Positions 1-8,244 of a stretch of DNA of 64,000 bases are shown in pieces (the stretch's first letter is position 1; every line of letters begins with the position of its first letter). This DNA is from Spirosomataceae bacterium (GTDB lineage: Bacteria > Bacteroidota > Bacteroidia > Cytophagales > Spirosomataceae), in contig JAXLVD010000017.1 of assembly GCA_046329125.1 (NCBI GenBank), forward strand, positions 16,048 through 80,047. The letters run 5' to 3'. Position numbers and translations under genes: made by a program. A model generated the notes under the pieces. That model searched no databases and was not told where the DNA came from. It was given only the letters and a program-made list of their open reading frames with translations.

Positions 1-1
1 T

Positions 2-115
2 ATTTTGGATGTGCCGAACAATAAACTCATAACCCTAAGCCCTAAAGCCCCTGATCTCATGCCGTTGGTGCGTGCTCATGCCTTGGCCTTTGTACAAATG
101 TATAATGAACTGTAA
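2..115 (+). CDS. 3' end (37 codons) of an unidentified upstream gene, truncated by the window edge
   Basis: Frame is open from the window edge to TAA at 113-115 (...MPLVRAHALAFVQMYNEL*). It ends 82 nt upstream of hsdR, so it may belong to the same R-M locus. No recognisable motif. Confidence 0.3.
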   Translation: MLDVPNNKLITLSPKAPDLMPLVRAHALAFVQMYNEL

Positions 116-197
116 GGAGCTATTTTTTTAAATAACTTAATGATTATGAAATAATTAGCCAATCGCAAATCAGCAATCACAAATCGTAAATAGCCTC

Positions 198-3100
198 ATG
201 GAAACGCCCTCCCTGCTCGAAAACGACATCAGCAAAATCCCCGCGCTGCACCTGCTGGTGCAGATGGGATACGTACCGCTTACGCCTGCCCAAGCCCTGG
301 CTGAGCGCGGAGGGCGGAGCAGTGCCGTATTGATGGAAGAGATTTTAAGAAAGCAACTGCACGCCCTCAACAGCATCACCTACCGGGGGCGCGAGTATCC
401 GTTTTCGGAAACCAACCTCAATGCCGCGATTTTGGCCCTGCGCGATTTGCCCGTGCAGGACGGCTACACGAGCGCCAACAAGGCCATGTACGACTTGGTG
501 ACGTTGGGCAAAAGTTTTGAGCAGGTCATCGAGGGCGACCGCAAAAGTTATTCGCTGAAATACGTGGATTGGGAACGGCCCGAAAACAACCTGTATCACG
601 TCGTGCCGGAGTTCAGCGTACTCCGCACCGAGCGGCACGATGCCTATCGGCCCGACTTGGTGCTGTTTGTCAACGGTATTCCGATGGGAGTCATTGAGTG
701 CAAAAGCCCCAAAAAAGACGCCATCCAGCGGGCCATTCATCAACACATTGACTATCAGCGCACAGACGGGATTCGGAGCCTGTACCATTATTCCAATATG
801 CTGTTGGCTTTGGCCGGCAATGAAGCCCGCTACGCTACCACCGACACCCAAGAAGAGTTTTGGGCGGCTTGGCGCGAGCAAACCCCGCAGGACATTCGAC
901 AGGCCGACGAAGTCCGTTTGGAGCAACTGATTAACAGCCCTTTACCTCCCGAACACGAGGCCACAGTACTGGCAAGCATGAATGAGGCTTCGCGACAGTT
1001 TTACCGTGAACTTCGTCTTGAGCCCGTCGGCGTGAGCGAACAGGACCGATTGCTGTACAGTCTGTGTCGACCGGAGCGCCTGCTCGACCTGATGCTCAAT
1101 TACATTGTCTTTGATGACAACGTCAAAAAAATAGCGCGGTATCAGCAGTATTTTACCGTTCGGCAAACTTTGGAGCGGGTCAGCCGCATAGACCCTGCCA
1201 CGGGTCAGCGGGCGGGCGGGGTCATTTGGCACACGCAGGGAAGCGGCAAATCGCTCACGATGGTGATGTTGGCGCAGCTCCTGGCCAAGCATCCCGACAT
1301 TCCCAATCCTAAAATCCTGCTTGTGACCGACCGCGTTGATCTGGACAATCAGTTGACGGAAACCTTTCAGAAATGCAAAAAGGACGTCGTGCAGGCCACT
1401 ACGGGCGCTTCCAAAGAAATACGCCACAAACTTTCGGGTAATGAATCCGCGTCAATCGTTGAGTTTGCCGAAAGGCTAAACCCCAAAAAGCCCCCTCGGG
1501 ATACGAGTTTATTGGCCTTACTGCACGAAAAGTCAGACGATATTGTCACGACAGTCATCAACAAATTTGAAATTGCCCTTAAAAGCAGTGCGGAGCCTGT
1601 TGAGTCGCCCAATTTGTTCATTTTGGTGGACGAAGCGCACCGAACACAACACGGCAATTTTCACGGCAGTATGCGGCGATTGTTTCCGAACGCCTGTTTT
1701 CTGGGCTTTACCGGAACCCCCCTGATGAAAGCCGAAAAAAATACCGCCCGGCAATTTGGCGGGTTGATCGAGCCCGCCTACACCATTCGCGATGCCGTAG
1801 AAGACGGAGCCGTGGTGCCGCTGCTGTACGAAGGGCGGCACCATCATATTTCCGCCAACGCTTCGGCCATCAACCGTTATTTTGACAAAGTGGCCGAACC
1901 CCTCAACGATTACGGAAAAAAGAAACTCAAGCAGAAATTCAGCCGTATTGACGCCCTCAACGAAGCCGACCAAGTCATTTACGCCCGGGCGTGGGACATT
2001 GTGGAGCATTTTGTCAATAACTTTCAGGGAACGGGAATGAAAGGTCAGTTGGTGGTGGGCAAAAAATGGCAGGCCGTTCGGTACAAAAAATACATTGACG
2101 AAATTGGCGAGTCTAACGAAGAAAAGCGGGTGACCTGCGAGGTCATCATCTCCCCGCCGGAAGTACACGAAGGCGACGACGACGAAAACGATGGTTACGA
2201 AGGCGACGTGCGAAGTTTTTGGAAACGGCAGATGGACCGTCATAAAAATCCTGAAACCTACGAAAAAATGATCGTGGGAGCGTTTAAAAAACAGGAAGTG
2301 CCTGAGTTGCTGATTGTGGTTGACAAACTGCTGACGGGTTTTGACTCTCCGTCCAATTCGGTACTGTACCTGACCCGTTCGTTGAAAGAGCACACCTTGT
2401 TGCAGGCCATTGCGCGGGTCAATCGGGTATTTCCAGGCAAACCTCACGGATTGATCGTGGATTATTACGGTAATCTCGGCAACCTCGACCTGGCGTTGAA
2501 TTTGTATTCCGGTTTGAAAAACTTTGACGCGGAAGATTTACAGGGAGCGCTTAAAAGCATTGATTCAGAAACCGCCAAGTTGCCTCAGGCACACGCCGAT
2601 TTGTGGAGTGTTTTTGATGGTGTTGACAATAAAAGAGACATGAATTCCTACGAAGAATGGCTTTTTTACGAAGATCGGCGTGCCGGATTTTATGAGAAAC
2701 TGTCGGTGTACGCCCGGTTGCTCAAACTGTCGCTTTCCGGCGTGTCTTTTATGCAAAAGACACCGGCAGAGCAGATACAACGCTATAAAAGCGACGCTAA
2801 ATTTTTTATTGAACTGCGCGATTTGGTGAAATGGCGGTATTCAGACGAACCCGAATACGCAGTTTATGAGCCGCAGATTCGTAAACTGATTGATAAATAC
2901 ATCACTACAGAAGGTGAGACGCTCGTAGTAACTCCCGAATTTGCCCTGTTGGATCAGGAGCAACGCCAAACCGAAATGGCAAAACAGGCAGGTCAGGCCG
3001 CACAGGCAGACCATATTGCAAGCAGAACGTTGAGATCCATTGAGTTGCGCATGAATGAATCACCCGAGCTGTATCGTAATTTGGCGGAATTGATTCAGGA

Positions 3101-3530
3101 AACCATCGAAGCGTATTATGCCAAGCGCATTTCGGAAGGAGAGTTTTTGCAAAGAGTGATGACGCATGAGCAGGCGTTTTTGGAGGAACGAGTGGAAGGC
3201 GCTCCGGGAGCATTGCAACAAAACCCCGTAGCGATGGCCTTTTATGGCGTAGCCAAAGGGTTGATAGGTAAAATAGTGACAGAACAATCAGACGATTTTT
3301 TTGCTAAACTGGCTTTGGGCATTGATGCGGCTATCCGGGAGCGTATTTTGGAAAAGGGACGCCCTTTGGTGGATTGGCAAAATAACATTGACTTAGCCGG
3401 AAAGATACGGATAGAATTGGACGATTTTATTTTTGAACAATGTCGGCCCGTAGCAGTCACGCTGCCGTTTGATTTGGTAGACCAACTCATTGAAGGTTGC
3501 CTGAACATTGCTAAACTGCGCTATGTATGA
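198..3530 (+). CDS. hsdR: Type I restriction endonuclease subunit R (HsdR)
   Basis: 1110-aa ORF. PD-(D/E)xK-like nuclease core (RPDLVLFVNGIPMGVIECK). SF2 helicase motif I HTQGSGKSLTM, motif II LVDEAHRTQ, motif III GFTGTP, motif VI LLQAIARVNR. Size is typical of HsdR. Confidence 0.93.
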   Translation: METPSLLENDISKIPALHLLVQMGYVPLTPAQALAERGGRSSAVLMEEILRKQLHALNSITYRGREYPFSETNLNAAILALRDLPVQDGYTSANKAMYDLVTLGKSFEQVIEGDRKSYSLKYVDWERPENNLYHVVPEFSVLRTERHDAYRPDLVLFVNGIPMGVIECKSPKKDAIQRAIHQHIDYQRTDGIRSLYHYSNMLLALAGNEARYATTDTQEEFWAAWREQTPQDIRQADEVRLEQLINSPLPPEHEATVLASMNEASRQFYRELRLEPVGVSEQDRLLYSLCRPERLLDLMLNYIVFDDNVKKIARYQQYFTVRQTLERVSRIDPATGQRAGGVIWHTQGSGKSLTMVMLAQLLAKHPDIPNPKILLVTDRVDLDNQLTETFQKCKKDVVQATTGASKEIRHKLSGNESASIVEFAERLNPKKPPRDTSLLALLHEKSDDIVTTVINKFEIALKSSAEPVESPNLFILVDEAHRTQHGNFHGSMRRLFPNACFLGFTGTPLMKAEKNTARQFGGLIEPAYTIRDAVEDGAVVPLLYEGRHHHISANASAINRYFDKVAEPLNDYGKKKLKQKFSRIDALNEADQVIYARAWDIVEHFVNNFQGTGMKGQLVVGKKWQAVRYKKYIDEIGESNEEKRVTCEVIISPPEVHEGDDDENDGYEGDVRSFWKRQMDRHKNPETYEKMIVGAFKKQEVPELLIVVDKLLTGFDSPSNSVLYLTRSLKEHTLLQAIARVNRVFPGKPHGLIVDYYGNLGNLDLALNLYSGLKNFDAEDLQGALKSIDSETAKLPQAHADLWSVFDGVDNKRDMNSYEEWLFYEDRRAGFYEKLSVYARLLKLSLSGVSFMQKTPAEQIQRYKSDAKFFIELRDLVKWRYSDEPEYAVYEPQIRKLIDKYITTEGETLVVTPEFALLDQEQRQTEMAKQAGQAAQADHIASRTLRSIELRMNESPELYRNLAELIQETIEAYYAKRISEGEFLQRVMTHEQAFLEERVEGAPGALQQNPVAMAFYGVAKGLIGKIVTEQSDDFFAKLALGIDAAIRERILEKGRPLVDWQNNIDLAGKIRIELDDFIFEQCRPVAVTLPFDLVDQLIEGCLNIAKLRYV

Positions 3531-4234
3531 GTAAGGAGTTGACGAGTGTAGCGTTTGGGCTGCAAACGATTGAGTACGAATTAAGGCGTACAGCCAGAAA
3601 ATCGGTACGGATACAAGTGCATCCCAACGGTACCGTTCGCGTGATTGCTCCCCTTGAACTTACCGAGGAGGAAGTGGCGAAAGCCGTGAAACAAAAAGCC
3701 GCTTGGATTTTGAAGCAACTGCGTTTTTTTGAACAGTTTCGCCCGCTGACACCGCCGCGGCAATTTCTTTCGGGAGAAACTCACCGGTATTTGGGGCGTC
3801 AATATCGGCTCAAATTGATGAAGGGGGAAAAATCCATTCGGATGATGGCCGGTTTTATCGAAATAAGCCTGCCTGACCCTGCTCCGGAAAAAGTTGCCGC
3901 CGTTTTGGAGGGATGGTATCGTCAACGGGCGGAAGTTTATTTTCAACGTATTTTGACAGAAGTCATGCCTCGTTTTGAATCGTATAAATGGCCCGTACCT
4001 GAAATAAAACTTCGTAAAATGCCTACCCGTTGGGGCAGTTGTACCTCAGCAGGGGTCATTTACCTTCATCCCGACTTGATTAAAGCCTCGGGCAGCAGTA
4101 TCGAATATGTGATTATTCATGAACTCTGTCATTTAGCCCATCGTCTCCACAATCAGAAGTTCTATGAATTATTGGCAAGAGTTCTACCCGATTGGCAGCG
4201 ACGTAAACAAAATTTAGAACGGATGATGGCATAA
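3527..4234 (+). CDS. YgjP-like (DUF45 / M48-type) zinc metallohydrolase
   Basis: 235 aa with a C-terminal HExxH (IIHELCHLAH), the length and layout of YgjP/DUF45 proteins. Its ATG overlaps the hsdR stop as ATGA at 3527-3530. Confidence 0.85.
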   Translation: MSKELTSVAFGLQTIEYELRRTARKSVRIQVHPNGTVRVIAPLELTEEEVAKAVKQKAAWILKQLRFFEQFRPLTPPRQFLSGETHRYLGRQYRLKLMKGEKSIRMMAGFIEISLPDPAPEKVAAVLEGWYRQRAEVYFQRILTEVMPRFESYKWPVPEIKLRKMPTRWGSCTSAGVIYLHPDLIKASGSSIEYVIIHELCHLAHRLHNQKFYELLARVLPDWQRRKQNLERMMA

Positions 4235-4336
4235 AAGTCTGACATTTACCCCCAATCCTGTGCTTTCGGTTGCAGTCATTAAACATGCGCCTTTGTTGCC
4301 TTTTCATGGCGGAGCCTTTTTTAGCAGGCTAAATAC

Positions 4337-5659
4337 ATGAAAAAAATACTTCCCGGTTTACTTCTGTGGCTCGGCACTTTACCGGCTTCGACTCAAACCC
4401 CGAAACGCAGTGCGTTAATTTCCGAAGCCGATTTGGCTTTTTTACAAACACTTACCAAAGCCGTAGTAGAAAAGGCACGGGTACTTCCCGGACAAAAACT
4501 TTCTGAAGCTAACGTCAACAACAGCGGAGGTACGCTGATTACACCCGGAGGCAACTACCCCCCCTTTTGGATTCGGGATTATGCAATGGCGTTGGAAAGC
4601 GGTTTTGTAACCGGTCCGGAACAAAAACACATGTTGAACCTCACCGCTTCTACTCAATGCGACCGAACTTGGATCACAAAAACCGGAAGTTTGATTCCGT
4701 ATGGCTCCATTGCCGACCACATCCGACTCAGTGACAGCCTGCCGATCTATTTTCCGGGAACCTACAATTTTGAAGAGCAGGGAGATAAAAACTTTGGAAG
4801 GCTGCCGCCCTACTGCGATCAGTTTTACTTTGTACAGATGGCGTGGTATTATGTAAAAAGTACCGGTGACCGTAAAATTCTGACAGGTGCTATCAACGGC
4901 AAGAAACTCATCGACAGGCTCGAAACGGCGTTTGCCCTACCTGCTTCGCGGCTTGATAATGAAATTGTTTATACCACCGATGCGTTTCGGGCGGTTGATT
5001 TTGGTTTTCGAGATGTCATTACCATCACCGGAGATTTGTGTTTTCCTTCATTGTTAAAGTATCAAGCTGCCAAACAACTGGCTGAACTTTTCGAAAAAAT
5101 AGAGGATAAGGCGAAAGCCGCTCATTATTTGGCGATTGCGGCCAAAATCAGAAAGGCTATTCCCTACTTATTTTCCGACGGCAGAGGCATGTTGCGCGCT
5201 TCTACCGGCAAAAGCAACCAACCCGACGTATGGGCTACGGCCTTGGCAGCTTACTTAGGCGTTTTGGAGGGGAATAACTTAATAATGACTTCCCGGTTTT
5301 TGGCAGAAGCTTACCGAAAAGGCATCTTGGATTATAAAGGCAATATTCGTCATGTACTGACCACCGACGATTTTCATGAGAAAACGGCTTGGGAATTCTC
5401 CTTAGCCGACAAAAATAAGTACCAAAACGGTGCTTACTGGGGAACTCCCACCGGTTGGGTGGCTTGGACGATCGCCCAAACTGAGCCGGAATCAGCCCGA
5501 CAATTGGTCAAAGCCTATGTGGATGACTTGCGGCAAAATGATTTCAGAAAAGGAACGGGTTTCGGGGCTCCCTTTGAGTGTTTTCATCCTTCGGGTTATC
5601 AGCAAAATCCGGTCTATATGACTACTGTAGCCGGTCCTTACATTGTTTTTAAAGATTGA
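4337..5659 (+). CDS. Secreted hypothetical protein, possibly (alpha/alpha)6 six-hairpin glycosidase-like
   Basis: 440-aa ORF with signal peptide MKKILPGLLLWLGTLPAS. The motifs FWIRDYAM and NGAYWGTPTGWVAWTIAQ are reminiscent of six-hairpin glycoside hydrolases. The product call is tentative. Confidence 0.6.
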   Translation: MKKILPGLLLWLGTLPASTQTPKRSALISEADLAFLQTLTKAVVEKARVLPGQKLSEANVNNSGGTLITPGGNYPPFWIRDYAMALESGFVTGPEQKHMLNLTASTQCDRTWITKTGSLIPYGSIADHIRLSDSLPIYFPGTYNFEEQGDKNFGRLPPYCDQFYFVQMAWYYVKSTGDRKILTGAINGKKLIDRLETAFALPASRLDNEIVYTTDAFRAVDFGFRDVITITGDLCFPSLLKYQAAKQLAELFEKIEDKAKAAHYLAIAAKIRKAIPYLFSDGRGMLRASTGKSNQPDVWATALAAYLGVLEGNNLIMTSRFLAEAYRKGILDYKGNIRHVLTTDDFHEKTAWEFSLADKNKYQNGAYWGTPTGWVAWTIAQTEPESARQLVKAYVDDLRQNDFRKGTGFGAPFECFHPSGYQQNPVYMTTVAGPYIVFKD

Positions 5660-5742
5660 CGGATGAAAAAGGGGAACATTGCAAATACCGCGCAGCCAAA
5701 GTACCTTTGATACCCATTCCCAACTTCATTAACACTTTCTCT

Positions 5743-7860
5743 ATGAAAAAGCCGCTCGTCTCTCTTGTATCAGCAGTTTGTCTGACGGCCTGTCTTTCCA
5801 TAAAAGTTATGTCTCAAAACCCCTTTTTCAGTACGTACAAAACGCCTTTCGGCGTACCGCCTTTTGACCAAATCAAAAATGAACATTTTGAACCGGCCTT
5901 TGTGGAAGGAATGAAGCAACAAGCCGCCGAAATTACGGCGATTGCCGCCCAAAAGGAAGCGCCCACTTTTGCGAATACCATTTTGGCATTGGAAAACAGC
6001 GGTGATTTACTCGACCGAGTCGGAACCGTATTTTTTAATTTCAACAATGCCAATACCAACGAAACCATTCAGAAAATAGCTCAGACGCTGTCACCGCAAC
6101 TGTCTAAGCATCGGGATGACATTCAACTGAATCCCGAACTGTTTAAGCGAGTGAAAGCCGTCTATGACCAACGGGTTCAACTGAAACTGACCACTGAGCA
6201 ACAAACCCTGCTCGAAAAAACCTACAAAGGATTTGTCCGCAGCGGAGCGGCATTATCGGCCGATAAACAGGCACGTCTTCGCAAAATCAACGAAGAAATG
6301 TCGCTGCTGACCCTTAAGTTTCGTCAAAATTTGTTGGCAGAAAATAACAAATACGCCTTAGTAATTGACAAAAAAGTAGATTTGAGCGGATTGCCGGCTA
6401 CCCTGATCGCGACGGCGGCTGAAGACGCCAAAAAACGCAAATTGGAAGGGAAATGGGTATTTACATTGCAGACGCCCGGCATTATGCCCTTTTTACAATA
6501 CGCCGATAATCGGGCCTTGCGGGAACAGATTTTCAAAGCCTACCTTGAACGCTGCAATCATAACGACCCTTACGACAACAAAGCCAATATGGCGGGTATC
6601 GTGGCGCTGCGGGCCGAAAAGGCTGCATTGTTAGGGTACGACAATCATGCTGCATACGTTTTGGAAGAAACTATGGCCAAAACGCCGGAAAAAGTAAGTG
6701 CCTTTTTGAATCAGCTCTGGACGGCCACCGTGCCCGTAACGAAGCAGGAAGCGGCTGAGTTACAGACGTTGATGGACAAAGAAGGAAAAAACGAGAAGTT
6801 GGAAAGTTGGGATTGGCGGTATTATGCCGAGAAACTTCGTAAAGAAAAGTACGATTTGAATGCCGAGGAATTGCGTCCCTATTTTTCGTTGGAAGGTGTT
6901 CGCCAAGGTATTTTTATGCTTTGCCAAAAACTGTACGGGCTGACATTTGAGCGCCGTCCGGATATCCCTGTTTATCACGAAGATGCTCAGGCGTTTGAAG
7001 TCAAAGAAGCTAACGGTCAAACGCTTGGAGTGATGTACATGGACTTTTTTACGCGGGCGAGCAAAAGCGGCGGGGCATGGATGACGAGCTACCGCGAACA
7101 GGAAACGGAAGACGGAAAGCGAGTGATTCCGGTCGTATCTATTGTCTGTAATTTCTCACGTCCTGTAGGGACAACTCCTGCTTTGCTCAATTCAGACGAA
7201 GTACACACCTTTTTCCATGAATTCGGCCATGCCTTGCACGGATTGCTTTCCAATGTCAACTACGGCAGTTTGGCCGGTACCTCCGTACCGCGCGATTTTG
7301 TGGAGTTACCTTCGCAGATCATGGAAAATTGGTCAACCGAGCCGGAAATGTTGAAGTTATACGCCAAACATTACCAAACCGGGGCCGTCATTCCCGAGGC
7401 GCTCATTGATAAAATGAAGAAAAGCAGTCTGTTTAACCAAGGTTTTGAAACATCGGAATACTTGGCGGCATCGTTGTTAGACATGAGCTATCACACTTTG
7501 AAGCCCGGGCAGGCCCCGACCGATGTGTTGGCGTTTGAAAAAGCAGCAATGGATAAAATCGGGCTGATTTCGCAGATTCCGCCCCGTTACCGTACCACCT
7601 ATTTTCAGCATATTTTTGCCGGAGGCTATTCGGCGGGGTATTACAGCTACATTTGGTCGGCGGTATTGGATGCCGATGCCTTTGAAATGTTTAAACAAAA
7701 AGGACTTTTTGACCAAAAATCGGCTCAATCGTTTCGGAAAAATGTATTGGAACGCGGCGGTACCGACGAACCCATGAAGCTATACCGTAATTTTCGGGGA
7801 GCCGAGCCTGACATCAAGCCGCTGTTACGCCGTCGGGGATTACTGAAAGAGGTGAATTAA
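5743..7860 (+). CDS. dcp: M3-family peptidyl-dipeptidase (Dcp-like), secreted
   Basis: HEFGHALH zinc motif in an M3 (thimet/Dcp) context, ~705 aa. I trimmed the ORF-track start at 5656 to the ATG at 5743, which precedes a signal peptide (MKKPLVSLVSAVCLTACLS). Confidence 0.88.
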   Translation: MKKPLVSLVSAVCLTACLSIKVMSQNPFFSTYKTPFGVPPFDQIKNEHFEPAFVEGMKQQAAEITAIAAQKEAPTFANTILALENSGDLLDRVGTVFFNFNNANTNETIQKIAQTLSPQLSKHRDDIQLNPELFKRVKAVYDQRVQLKLTTEQQTLLEKTYKGFVRSGAALSADKQARLRKINEEMSLLTLKFRQNLLAENNKYALVIDKKVDLSGLPATLIATAAEDAKKRKLEGKWVFTLQTPGIMPFLQYADNRALREQIFKAYLERCNHNDPYDNKANMAGIVALRAEKAALLGYDNHAAYVLEETMAKTPEKVSAFLNQLWTATVPVTKQEAAELQTLMDKEGKNEKLESWDWRYYAEKLRKEKYDLNAEELRPYFSLEGVRQGIFMLCQKLYGLTFERRPDIPVYHEDAQAFEVKEANGQTLGVMYMDFFTRASKSGGAWMTSYREQETEDGKRVIPVVSIVCNFSRPVGTTPALLNSDEVHTFFHEFGHALHGLLSNVNYGSLAGTSVPRDFVELPSQIMENWSTEPEMLKLYAKHYQTGAVIPEALIDKMKKSSLFNQGFETSEYLAASLLDMSYHTLKPGQAPTDVLAFEKAAMDKIGLISQIPPRYRTTYFQHIFAGGYSAGYYSYIWSAVLDADAFEMFKQKGLFDQKSAQSFRKNVLERGGTDEPMKLYRNFRGAEPDIKPLLRRRGLLKEVN

Positions 7861-8036
7861 TAGAATTCGGCTATCATTGGCCGTGAGGACACGACCAATG
7901 GCAGTTGTCGGTGTTATTCTATTTCACAGTCTGAAGGTACAGACGCGCCTGCTGACGGAAGTTTAAACAAAAATGTCCCACATAACCATAAAATCAGCGA
8001 AATTTGAATTGGTTTGATTACTGAAATTCAATACCA

Positions 8037-8076
8037 ACGGAGGCCGTCAATTTGATGTCAGCCTCCGTTTTTTTTC
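8037..8076 (+). terminator. Rho-independent terminator-like hairpin
   Basis: ACGGAGGC (8037-8044), a 16-nt loop, GCCTCCGT (8061-8068), then a T7-8 run. It lies ~180 nt downstream of the dcp stop. Confidence 0.6.
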
Positions 8077-8244
8077 AGGCTTTTTGCGTTGTGACAATTT
8101 TACCCAAGCAAGAAACACTTATTGCTGAAAACTGTTTTTCATCAGGCAATAACCCCACTCCATCCCCTCGATTCCGGTCTTTATCCTATTTTTCTTCCCA
8201 GGTCACGGATTCTGTTACAACTTTGCATCGTCAACTAAAAGGCC

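Noticed and set aside
1533-2447. Long antisense ORFs inside hsdR: 1533-2447 (304 aa), 345-926 and 942-1427.
   Set aside because: The plus-strand frame carries the complete HsdR nuclease and helicase motif set. The antisense ORFs have no motifs and a biased composition typical of shadow ORFs.
5656-5742. Upstream extensions of several ORF-track entries. These are dcp (5656), the LolA-like gene (10810), P2 (21217), P5 (29776), P9 (41890), P14 (55932), P15 (59128, a GTG start) and P16 (62852).
   Set aside because: The internal ATGs line up with paralog N-termini or precede signal peptides. The extensions also overlap neighbouring genes or hairpins. The exact starts remain unverified.
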